Shown here: positions 1 through 11,368 of the stretch, piece after piece | How positions within the stretch are numbered: the first letter of the stretch is position 1 | How the letters are laid out: each line of letters begins with the position of its first letter | Origin: Microthyrium microscopicum | Taxonomy: Eukaryota | Length of the DNA: 64,000 nucleotides | Reading direction: 5' to 3' | NCBI GenBank assembly: GCA_010405405.1 | Contig: MU004240.1 | Location: forward strand, 200,316-264,315 | Program-made: the position numbers and the translations under genes | Notes under the pieces: generated by a model | What the model saw: the letters and a program-made list of their open reading frames with translations, nothing else | Databases searched by the model: none | Told to the model about the DNA's origin: nothing

Positions 1-22
1 ATGCAAATTCCATCGCTAACAG

Positions 23-1190
23 CTATTCTATCTTGGATGACAAACATGATAAGCTGCGGGACATGATGCCAATTCTGTTGCGCTGCATTAAAGAAGGCTC
101 TGCGGGAACATGCACCGAATATGCTTTACGAGCTCTTGCTATCACGGTAATTGTCATAGGCGATTACGATGGCGAGCTATTCATGGAACTCAAGGACCCT
201 CTGCAAATCTGCATGTACGACACCGCATCCGCAGTCGGCCAAAAAGCTGCCGTTCAGGCCATGTCTGCGATTACATTCTTCGGCGGTGCAGATTATCAGG
301 AAGTAAGTTCCTTTATGGAACTTCTGTTGGATATTGTCGAATCCGACGGCGAGCAGGTTGAAGCTCTGGACGAGGCATCTGTCGTGGCATCTGCTATTCA
401 AGAGTGGGCATTTCTGAGCACATTAGTTACCGTCGACGTCAACCAATTCTCCCGCGCTTTGGAAGCGTTTGGAGCACAGCTGGAAAGCAACGCGCCATCA
501 GTCATCCAAGCGGGTGCCGAAGCAATTGCACTCATCTACGAGTCTGCCTATACTCTCAAAACATCCGGTGACGAAGTCGAAGTATCCGCCCAAGATGAAG
601 AAGAAGATTCCAAAGTCCATCCCACCTATCGCAAAGCTAATTGGGCACACACCCACACGTTCCGGAATGACAATGACTACGCCATCAGAGAGCAGCTTAA
701 GATTTTGACCAAGACACCCCTGCGCCACGTCAAAAAAGACCTGCGTAAAGATCTGAAAAACCGCTTCCGCGACGTTCTACACGCACTCGACTACCCGTGG
801 CGTGGCCCGCATTACTCCACCGCTATGGAAGCCGAGAGTGGCGACCACTATGGCCATCGCATGTACATGGGCGGTATGGTCATTGACCGCTGGTGGAAGC
901 TGATCCGGTACGTGACTGTCCGGCGCACGCTGCAGCATGGAGTAGAGGCACAGGCGGCGGATAATCCGGCAGTTCAGGATGCGTTGCGGAATTGCTTGGA
1001 GGCGCCTAGTCGGTTCCGAAATGTCAGTCATACTGGTCATGCATTGTTGGATCGCGAGTATGAAGAGCATGTGCCACAGCAGCCTAACTATGATGATTTG
1101 CCTTCCGATGAGGATGAGGATGAGGAGAGTCCTGAAGAGGATGAAGATTTGGAACTTCATGGCCGCATGGGTAAGCTGCGTGTTCGTTAG
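23..1190 (+). CDS. IFRD (interferon-related developmental regulator) domain protein, 3' exon; 5' part lies outside the window
   Basis: GCTAAC branch site plus AG acceptor ending at 22, then an open frame to 1190. ARM-like helical sequence with IFRD-type motifs (WAFLST, AGAEAIALIYE, IDRWWKLIRY) and an acidic tail. Confidence 0.75.
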
Positions 1191-1660
1191 TTTCCCTCTT
1201 TCGGTGCAAACGACAGTACTATATCGCTCATTGATAAATGCTTTGCTTGTCATTATGAAGCACTCATGTACATACATATGAATGCTTCTGTTATCTGCTA
1301 CTTTCCTTCACATGCGTTTAACTAGTCACATATTTGCAGAATGCACCAAGATTGGTTACTAAGAATGAATTGTTTCTTAATACTATCGTACAATTGCCAT
1401 CATCCATCATTTTACATCGAGTGATCGACTTCCCTTAACTCTATACTCTCATTGTTTCGAGTAAAGGATACCCAAGCCCCTCAAAACACATCAGAATCAA
1501 AAAAGCTAATGTGCTTCGTGTATTACACGAACGTGATTGTATATCGTCCGATTCCGTAACATGCCGAAGGATTTTACTGTTGTCGGTGGATGCCATCTAG
1601 GCATTATTCATTCAAAAGTGTTGTAACAAGTGTGATGAAAATTCGCAAAGCTCGTACTGA

Positions 1661-4592
1661 TTACGACTCGTCGTTGTCTTCACCATCCGGAGCACGATCT
1701 TTGCCTTTGTTGACACGACTCATCTCGCCATCGCCATTCACATGTGCGCCAGAGGCAGTCGCTCCGTCTGACGAGCCAGCGGTTGCACCCTTAGGTGTTG
1801 CTGGATCGCTCGTGGGAGTGGCGTCGCCGTCTGTAGCACCTCCACCATTTTCGTTTTCCGCTGCTTGTTCAGCCTCGATGCGTAGACGTTCTTGTTCGCG
1901 CTCTTCTGCTTCTCGACGAACGCGCTCGACTTCTTCTGCGGCGCGCCGTTCACGGTCTTCCTGTAGATGTACTGCGCGCTCGCCAATGCCGGGCCACAGA
2001 CTAGCTACAAAGAGACCAATAGTCCGTTCCACTGCGCGCGCCCAGCCAGCGTTTTGGTTTTGATGGCGTTGAATGAGCTGCTGCGCGAGAGCCTGAGGAT
2101 TCGGTTCACCAGCGGGAGCCGCTGCAGCATTGGCAGCAGGAGCAGCATTATTGTTTGCATCCAGTGGATTGTCAACACCGACAATGCGATCGAGATAGCG
2201 ACGAAAGCCATCAACCCGCAGACCAAACAGACCTGCTTGCACAACGTAGGCTAGCAACAGGCCAGATCCGAGAAGAAATGGACGCCAGAGAGAGCGGTTG
2301 CCGCCAAAGAGAAAGTATGCAAAGAACCCAAGCCTAATGAGCAGCCATAAATTTCTGACGATAGGTGCAAGTAAATCACGCATCTCATCTGGCTGGGCTG
2401 GTCGTGGTGCCTGGGCTGCTCCATTCGGATTCGCCTGGTCGACTGCTTGTGCAACAACGCGTTCTGCGGGACCTGCATTACGCTGCACACGCCGAGGACG
2501 GGCCATCATTGGATTTTGACGGATGGTTTCCATCGTATCCCGCTGAATCGTTTCAGTGAAGGCTTGAATTGCTGAAATAATGTCTTCCATAGGTAATTGA
2601 GTGGACACTAATGCCTGCACAATGTTTGGCGGTAAGCAATTAGTAGAGTACTGGCCTTGAGGCCCAACCAGAAGAGCATATGGATTTCCTTGAGTATCAT
2701 AGAGAAGATACAGCTGAGGCTGGCTTGAAGTGGATGGAATATTCGAGATTATTGTATTGAGAGTTTGCCATGAAGTTTGTTGACCATTTTGAGATTGCCA
2801 GAGATCTGCATTCGAGTCTGGACCTCCACCTCGCATTGAACGCGTGTTGTCGAATGCTGTAATATGACTACGGACCATGCTATACACAGAACCAAGTGCT
2901 TGCTCAGCTTGTCTACGATTGTCCTGCATCTGCTGTATGTTTGTAATCTGGCTGGGCAAGACATCTCGGAACATTGCCATAACATGAGCAGCTTGTTGAT
3001 CGAAAGCTCGGAATAAAGCAACTACTTGGTTCATGGTGTGACTGTATGCCAGTGCTTGCTGGTGAGTAAGGCCAAACTGCCGAGCCTGAGCGGCGATGTT
3101 CCTGCGAGTCACGACTTGGTGACTAAGCTGATGTATTTGTTGCGATATGTTGCTCAGCTGCGCGGAGAGGACATACATTTGTTCCGTGAAGCGTTGATTT
3201 CGTTCTTCGGGCCCGATTTGGCCTGAAGAGCTCATGGGAGTACCGGCTCTAGAAATAGGATTCGGTAAGCCAGGCGAACCAGATGATGAGGCAGTATTCA
3301 TTCCGAAGGATGCAGGGGCCGTGCCTGGAAGATAAGGCATTTGTCCATACGCAGCAGGATTGCCCTGATATTGAGCAGCTCCAGGTTGAAAAGGCATTCT
3401 AACGCCCTGATTCAGCATGTGAGGATGTAAACCGAGGCCAGGTTGTTGAAAGCCATTGGGCATAAAATGGCCATTTAGGGGCGCCCCAGGTTGAGGCGCT
3501 CCTGGCGTCACGGGCAATCCATTTACAGTAACGTGATGACGTAGAATTACGTGATTGCCTTGTTGCAATGGAAATGCTGGGTTCACTCCTGGTGGAAAAC
3601 CCGGGTAGTGATTAATGTTCACACCGGGAAGAAACTGTGGTTGAGGATTTGCAAGGGCGGGATTTTGCTGCTGTAAATCACTAAGAGGATGCGGTGATGT
3701 TGAGCGAGTCGCCGGCGCAGTACGAGGGCCTTGTGGAGCGGCTTGACCATTCTGGGCACCCTGACTGAAAGGCTGTTGCGGTACGTTATGTTGCGCTACT
3801 GGTACGCCAAATGGGTTTGGAAGGCCTTGTGGAAGTCCTTGCTGAAAACCTTGAAGGCCTTGCTGAAGTCCTTGAAGTCCTTGTTGAAGTCCTTGTTGAG
3901 CTCCCGGTGGAAATCCTGGTTGTTGCATCATCTGTGGAAATGCCGCAAATGTCTGATTCAACACATTGTTCAACAGCTCGGCTTGATTGTGCGGCATAAC
4001 CGCGGCATACGGTTGACGATTACGCGGTGCAGGATGAGCCGCACCATGCGGTCCTGCATCTCTCTGAGCTGGAGGCTGGGCCATTGTAGGACCGCGAGGC
4101 ATGGCGAAAGGCTGTTCTTGTGTCGCAATTCGATCACGAGCAACGGGCGGCATGCTAGAAGCGCGAGGCTGAGCCAAAGCAGCGGCAACACCATGAGGGA
4201 CAGCAGCCGTAAGTCCGCGAGGTGAAGAGTTATCAATAATAAGATGTAAGGCTCGAGGTGTACGGTCTTGAGGGTCCAGCTGTAAAATGTTAGTTAGTCA
4301 TATAAAATGATTTCAAGTCAACTCGAGATGAACTTACAGGCGCTCTTGCGAAGATATCTCCAACGGTCTCCCCATCCGAACATAAGCGTCCATGACATAT
4401 AAGTCTCTGCTTTTCTTCGCGGGGGTGGCTTGGCAAGCTGTCCTTGATTTTGGATTTGAGAGCGAGTATGGTCATGGACAAAGGAGTGTTGGGCAGTTGT
4501 AAAGCTGCATCAGCTTCAACGCCGGGCCATATGACTTTGAGATTGACATCACGGACGGTGCCGGAGTCTTGATTGGGGGGTGTGTCGGTCAT
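1661..4592 (-). CDS. N-terminal ubiquitin-like domain membrane protein (HERP/Usa1-like, probable ERAD scaffold), 2 exons, ~957 aa
   Basis: Exon 1 4592-4338 encodes a UBL fold (TILALKSKI...QRLICHGRLC). GTAAGT...CTAAC...CAG intron 4337-4280 joins in frame to exon 2 4279-1661, which has a Q/P-rich region, two hydrophobic helices (LWLLIRLGFFAYFLF; PFLLGSGLLLAYVV), LFVASLWPG and a coiled coil. Confidence 0.75.
3820..3901. repeat. Imperfect 9/12-bp coding tandem repeat encoding (Q)QGL units
   Basis: Repeated gaagtccttg(ttg)/gaaggccttg units translating to QQGLQQGLQGLQQGLQGFQQGLPQGLP. Confidence 0.8.
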
Positions 4593-5391
4593 TTAAGTGA
4601 CTGAAGATGCCAGGCTGGCTAGTAATTGTATTGTAGGGTGATGAGGTTGACAGATTCACAGCGAAGCGGATGAGACAGGACAGCTGTCAACAAAGTTTGA
4701 CGGAGGAAGAAGCATAGCAGGCAAAGACTGGGTAACGAGAAGAATGGGGAGGAAGTAGTGTTAGACAATAAGATGAGAAAGGGTAGTAATAGTTGATTGA
4801 TGTGTCTGGAAAGTTGAGAGCTCAGTTGCCCATAGAGGCGGTGACCTACCTCTGTAGATGATTGGGGAGTTGCACTTTAGACGGGAGCCACGGTGTCAAG
4901 AAGCATATCCACGTTTTCCTATTCAGAACAAGAAGGAATGATAATAATGAATAACGTATAGAAATATATCTAACACGCGGGGAGTAAATCAGGAAATATG
5001 TATGATTTGCTAAAAGTGTACCATGATATAATGATATTGGAATTAACTTTGGAGGTCAGGTACTAGCAGCCAAGCAGCATATGCACTAACACCATGTACC
5101 TGGTCTGGTCTCTATGTATGTATGTCTGCTTACATAATCCACGTGGCCCTTCTACTTCCGAACTCTCCGCAATCTCTCCCTCTCAAAATCCAAACACCAA
5201 CAACAAACTCGAACCTACCCTCTGATCCAACCCTCCCATCACTCCTTATATCTGTCCACATTTAAGGCAACCCTCAACATAGCTCTTCACGATATTGCCA
5301 ATTCTCACCAGATTATCTCCTCTGCTATCCCTTTGACACCAGCCTCTCCTCCCTTCTTGTTGCCTTGACAACCCAACTGTAAACAATCATC

Positions 5392-6281
5392 ATGGAGAAG
5401 TCAAGAACCAAAGAATCGTCGTCCAGAGGTGATGGAAGCAAGAAGGACAAGGCGAATACGCATAAACTGGCTCTGAAGGGTAGGTTCAATCCCAATGTGT
5501 TGGTAATCGAAAGCTAACTAGTGTAAAGGGTCTTCCAAGATGGTGTCGGAATTCGTGAGTCGCATACACCGTAAAACACGAATCTCGCTAACCAAATAGT
5601 TCGAATACTCTATTAACTCGATCTTATATCAACGAGGCGTATATCCAGCGGAAGATTTCCATGCGTAAGTGGTCAAACATGGTGCCTGTAATCCAGCTAA
5701 CCATATGTAGAGTCAAGAAGTACGGCTTGAACATGCTTGGTAGGCATTAACAATTCTCACGCTTTGCAAAATATCTAACAATTTCAGTCACTTCCGACGA
5801 CCAAGTCAAGGCCTATATCAAGAAGATCATGTCACAGCTCAACAAATGGATGGTTGGGCAAAAGATCTCCAAACTCGTCATAGTCTTTACAGGAAAAGAA
5901 ACTGGCGACCACGTTGAGCGATGGCAATTCGACGTTCAGCTCAACAAGTCCTCCAAGGGCAAATCATCTTCGCGATCGGCGGACAAGGAAAATACTGCAC
6001 CTGCTGGAGACGCTGAAGCACCACCGTCCGACGAACAGATACAGGGAGCCATACGCGCGCTATTCCGACAAATTACAGCCAGTGTGACGTTCTTGCCAGA
6101 ACTTACGGAGCCATGCACGTTCAATGTGCTCGTCTATGCGGACGCTGACTCGGAAGTGCCAGTTGAATGGGGTGACAGTGATGCCAAGGAGATTGATGGT
6201 GGTGAGAAGGTCAAATTACGAAGTTTCAGCACTACGAATCATCGTGTGGACACTATGGTCAGCTACAAGCTCGATGATTGA
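5392..6281 (+). CDS. MAD2: Spindle assembly checkpoint HORMA protein Mad2, 5 exons
   Basis: Spliced product reads [69 protein letters not shown] and LRSFSTTNHRVDTMVSY. Four short GT-AG introns lie between 5480 and 5787. Confidence 0.96.
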
Positions 6282-6406
6282 ACGAGCGGAAGAATTGGTC
6301 CTTGGTTCTGCGATTTTGATATCCCCTAGCACTTTTTTATAGAGCGGAACAAGTTGTGGTTTGCTGAATATATTCGATGTCTAATGCTACAATTCTCCAA
6401 CATATC

Positions 6407-9343
6407 TCACCGCTGTCTTCCTCTTGCTGGGTCCGTAGCTTCCGCCTTTTCTTTATCTCTTACTTCTCGATTCGCTCTGACATTAGTACGCTCGCTCATG
6501 ACCGTGGAATTACCACCAGCCCCTGCTGTGCGCTTCTTCCGTCGCTGCGGTTGATAGACATCATTGAAATTCATGACCATGGCCAGCCACTTCATATCCG
6601 GATCCGGCTGCGCCATCAAATCGCCCAGCAGGATCGTAACCTTGCGCTTAAACTTCTCGCTCAATTCGCGCAGCCGTACACGCTGTGTACTCACAATATC
6701 CGCCTCCGACATGCCCGCGCCCAACGGCCCAGCCGCATTATCTTTGCGTGCCTTTCCAGCCAGTTCCGACTCTTCATCGTTCTCAGACACACCCCATTTG
6801 CCAGCCGCAGTGCGTGTCTCAATCTTCGCCGACCGATCCTGGCGGCGTGTGAATTCCGCTACACTCGTCGAGTACAGCTGATCCACAACATCCTTGTACG
6901 CCAACATGACCTTGAGCAATTCATGCAACTGGCCCGGGAAATCCGCACTCTCACCACCCAACAGCCCCTTTCTCGTAATCGAGCTCAAATACTGCGCATG
7001 TGCACCAATCAGATCGTCCAATGTACTGCCCTCCTTGCGCATCGCGCGCTGCAGATCTGTCCAGCTGCTCTCAATGACCTCGAAGAGGATATAGTACTGC
7101 AGTTGGGCCACAAAATGCACCATTTCTGCGATTACACAGCGTGCGGTCTTCCAGTCTGCGCCAAATGCGTCGTCCACAGCACCTAGGACGCCGCGTGCGC
7201 CTGTCATGGAACGGCGCCAGACGCTGCCGAGCGCGAATTCGACGCGTTTGACGCGCCAGAGGAAGTTGAAGACTTTGAGATATTGTTTGCTGCCGTAGGG
7301 GGTGACGATGACGTCGACGGGAGGGCTGATTTTATATTCGAGAGTGAATACGTCCCAGCCGATTTCGCCGTGGCTGAGCTCGAGCATACGACTGTCGAGA
7401 CGACGGAGGACGTCTGGTGCATCAAATTGTGCGTTGGAATTGCGTACGGCGTGCTCAAGTTGCGCCGTGAGTGTGTGTCGGTATTGGGTAGCGGCAGGCC
7501 GGTCGAGGGTAGTGGAGAGGGATTCCATGAGGACGGCGATAAAGTCGCCGGCGCCGAGGAGGAGGTATTTTTTGAGGGCAGTAAGATGGGAGGAGAGGTC
7601 GAATTTTGTTTCCATGAGCGATATTAGTTGTGCCATGGTGGCCTTGTAGGCTTCGTCGATACTGGTTTCGAGAGTGGCGGTGTCGCCGTAGCGAAGTTCT
7701 TTGGAGGCGGATTTTGAATATGATTCTACCCAGCCGCCCTCATTGCAGCCATGGCGGATAAAGTTGAGGGATTTGCCGATTAGGAAGACTTTGTTGGCGA
7801 ATTGGTCTGTGAGTATGCTAGGGACGGCAGCTTTTAGAAGCTTATATTTGTCTTCCCATACACTCGTTGCTCCGCCTTTTCTATCGTCGTCGACCAGATC
7901 ATGTTGTTCTGCGACAAAGAATTCGAGATACGGATCTGATAGCTCTCCGTCGTAGATCCATTGTCTTAGCATATCATAGAAGGGTCTAGTGACGTGAGTA
8001 AGTAGTCGTTCAGCGAACGATACTACAAATGGATCACCATGATTGAGAGAATATGAGTGGATAACGGATATGAGTTGTCCGCCTTTTTTGCCTGAACAAA
8101 ATTAGCACACTGTCATATATCAGCCAAAGCATCTTACCCTTGGAACCTTCAACGATCAGGCTCATGAGCCGTAATCCCATGGTTGCCTCTCTTGTCCAGT
8201 ATACACATCGCTTGAGAGTTACGCCTGCCTGGCCAAGGCCTTTTCTAGGCTGCGAGTCGTCTAGCATTGCTAGTGCTCGGCGAATGTGTCCTTCTAAAGT
8301 CGCCACCAACTTTAGGTATGATCGGAGTTCCAGGCCAAGAGCTGACCTGAAACTTTGTCCCACTAGCCCATCTCCTTCTGACTCTACAAACTCAGCCAGT
8401 GTTTTGTATAAAAGGCAGGGTTCTGCCAGAGTGTGCAGTAGGCCGACGATCGGGACAGGAAGAGTTGGCGGTAATTGCAAAGTTGAGGAGTCTTTAAACT
8501 GAAGATTTGTGGAGGAAAGACCTTGCAGTACAAACGGAAGGTCTCGTAGTAAAGAAGTTTCGTGAGGTTGTGCTTCTTCATATGTCACCCAGTTTTGGGG
8601 AATAGGCGAAGCGACAGATGATGATGCCTCTCCATTGGCCTGTCCTTCCTTCTCCTTTTGTTTATCTTTCTTCTCTCTATGTCGCGATACAGGTCTATCC
8701 GTCTTTTGTCCGCGCGCCTCCTCTCCTGTTGGTAGTCTCAGTAGGCCGGCATTTGAGAAGGCTTCGTTGAATGCTGGGCTATCCACCACAAATTCTCTCT
8801 GTTGTTTCGGAGTCTGCTCTGCGCCGGCCTGAGATGATGGTGCTAAGCTTGGCTGGCTCCCTAGTCTATTATGCCTCGAAGAACTGGCCTCTCGTAGGAC
8901 ACTCGGCGGTTCGGTGTCGGCAAGCAAGTATAAAAGATACAGTACAGCCCATTTCTGTTGTAGGACGGGTTCGGCAAGGAGGCGTGAATATAGCTGGGAG
9001 AAGCGAACTATCTTATCTGGAGTAGCATTATCGCGAAGAACTGGGCGTATCAGTACGAACAACTTTAAAAAACTTTCGACCAAGTACGTACGTTTGGCGC
9101 GAATCAAGTCGGCGGCGTGATGGACATCGGCGGTCACAGCGGGGTCTCCAGCACTATGCACTTTTAACATTCGAGGCTCAGAACGAGTTTATGGTGGTCA
9201 TACTTTTCTATTAGCTCATATGCATGCGCGTAAGCTTCGTCTAGTCGCTCTTCAACAGCTTCTTCATCGTCTTCTGCATAGACTGGTACGGTGTTTTCAA
9301 CGAGTTGGGAGAGCGCAATGTTGATCCGATCCTGAGTTGGCAT
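6407..9343 (-). CDS. SPC98: Gamma-tubulin complex component GCP3 (Spc98/Alp6), 3 exons
   Basis: ATG at 9343 (MPTQDRI...), with introns near 9203-9154 and ~8137-8092. GRIP motifs: LLRDLPFVLQG, WIYDGELSDPYLEFFV, FLIGKSLNFIR, LKKYLLLGAGDFI, GWDVFTLEYK, YLKVFNFLWRVKR. Confidence 0.93.
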
Positions 9344-9753
9344 GGTGTTGGAATGGCATGCGCATGTTCCGCATTTCGACAGCAAAGGAACTTGATTGTG
9401 AGCGAAGGTTGAAGAGGAGAATGGGGACCTCGAGACAGACTTCAGGTGTAATTGTTGATATGGAGACAGCCTCACACTTCTGGTCGGCGCGTTGAGGTGA
9501 CCCCTGTCGCGTATCCGTACCACGTTGTTGGGCTCACAGGGCTTGCCAGGCTTGGTGGGGAAAACGAGACAGGCCAAATTAGTGGCGGACTCACTATATT
9601 TAGCGGCAGGGGGCCTAAATTTAGGCTCCCGCTTGCTGCTCACCCTTTGACTTCAGATTACGAACGTCTTCAATTATTTCTCAAAGTCGAGGTGAGACAC
9701 CAATTTCAGCTCACCTTCACCACTCATCGCCATGTGGCCCCAGTTATAACACC

Positions 9754-11313
9754 ATGTCCGAATCCATATATGATCTCTTGGCCCCATACTTCGACCATGT
9801 CTCTCAAGAATCGCGACCGGAGCCTTCAGATGCCACGACCACCAAATATCTCAATCGCATCACTACTCTCTCTCTAAGCGATCTATCCACTACCGAACCC
9901 GGTTCGCTCTCTCAGACCGCCACATCGAATCTGCGCTCTCTTCAAGCATTGAGCAAACGATCCCAGAAACCCATAATATCCGCCGCCGAGAATCTCTCAA
10001 CCCTCACAGCCCAACTACCCGACATCTCGAAGGAGTCCTACAACCTCAAACATGCCATACCAGCCGTTGAGTCCAAAGCCGCCGCATTCGCCGAGAAATA
10101 CCGAAAATCAAACGAAGCTTCAAATCCAGTCGTGATTGAACGCCGCAATGCCCTCCTCCTCGCTCGAAACGTCGATCGCATATCCTCTGTTCTCGATCTC
10201 CCCACATTGCTTAGTAGCGCCATATCAAGTGGCCAACAACCAGGTACTGGTCAATCGGCAAGCACCTCTAGCAGTTCCGCAGTTAGCTATGCGTCCGCCC
10301 TAGACCTCCACGCTCATGTGAAGCGGTTAGCGGTGCTGTACTCAGATTCACCACTCGTTGCTTCTATAGGGACACAGAGTGAGCGCGAAATGCGTCTTTT
10401 GACAAGTAACTTGATCACTGGACTACGCGGGCAGGGAATCAAACTCGCGAGCGCTATGCGGACTCTGGGATGGCTACGACGGGTTGCGCCAGAATTAGAC
10501 GAGCAAATGCGAGCACAAGCGCGCTCTGGCGTTCGGGGAGGCCGGCAGATGATGCCAACAACCAGTCCCGGGAGTGGAGATGGTGCTCTAGGAGCACTTT
10601 TTCTGGTGTGTCGGTTAGCAAGTCTTGATGCGATGCTAGACGCGCTAGATCCGCTGAAAGAACTGGCAGATCATGAAAGCATACAGCGAAGTCAAGCAAA
10701 ACAGCAGGCTGCGGAAGAAAAGAACAACAAAAACAAGCGAGACACGTCTGCAAGGACTCCTGGCCCAACTGGACAGCAGACAGAGCGGTACCTGAAGCGA
10801 TATATTGAGATATTTCGCGAACAAAGTTTTGCTATTGTGAGTATGTATAAAAGCATATTCCCAGGAGCTCTAGCGGCGCCAGGGTCTCAGGAGCTTCAGT
10901 CTATCAAGAGCGCAAGCAAGGGCAATGATGCGAAAGATCTGCTTCTACCACTTCCTTCGCCATTAGCCACCTTTCCATCACATTTGGTGGACAGGCTATT
11001 TGACACGCTGAAAATCTACCTGCCGAACATAAGAGATGCGGCGGCTAGGGACAGTCTGATGACCCAGATACTGTATTGCGCCGGCAGTCTTGGTAGACTT
11101 GGGGGGGATTTCAGCTTGATGCTTGCTCTTCTGGAGGAAGAGATATCTGAGGAGTTCGCAGAAGACGAAATTTCTCAAACGAAGCTTGATGACGATGAAG
11201 AATGGGTGAAGGTAATGAAGAAGCATCGCATAAATGCTAGTAGACTAGAGCTACTAGCAAGCGGTGTAACTGCTGGAAAGCATACGAAACACTCTACGGT
11301 GATATCGCCATAG
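9754..11313 (+). CDS. COG8: Conserved oligomeric Golgi complex subunit 8 (Dor1)
   Basis: Intronless 519 aa ORF with Dor1-like motifs: VLDLPTLL, YASALDLHAHVKRL, MRTLGWLRR, YLKRYIEIFREQSFAIVSMY and SLMTQILYCAGSLGRLGGDF. Confidence 0.92.
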   Translation: MSESIYDLLAPYFDHVSQESRPEPSDATTTKYLNRITTLSLSDLSTTEPGSLSQTATSNLRSLQALSKRSQKPIISAAENLSTLTAQLPDISKESYNLKHAIPAVESKAAAFAEKYRKSNEASNPVVIERRNALLLARNVDRISSVLDLPTLLSSAISSGQQPGTGQSASTSSSSAVSYASALDLHAHVKRLAVLYSDSPLVASIGTQSEREMRLLTSNLITGLRGQGIKLASAMRTLGWLRRVAPELDEQMRAQARSGVRGGRQMMPTTSPGSGDGALGALFLVCRLASLDAMLDALDPLKELADHESIQRSQAKQQAAEEKNNKNKRDTSARTPGPTGQQTERYLKRYIEIFREQSFAIVSMYKSIFPGALAAPGSQELQSIKSASKGNDAKDLLLPLPSPLATFPSHLVDRLFDTLKIYLPNIRDAAARDSLMTQILYCAGSLGRLGGDFSLMLALLEEEISEEFAEDEISQTKLDDDEEWVKVMKKHRINASRLELLASGVTAGKHTKHSTVISP

Positions 11314-11368
11314 AGTATTGGTAACGGCATTTTGCAAGCATTTAGCGCTGTATTTTGACAGATAGAAT

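Noticed and set aside
6377..7955. Long + strand ORFs (e.g. 269 aa at 6377-7186) opposite GCP3
   Set aside because: Antisense shadows of a GC-rich conserved CDS, with no motifs of their own.
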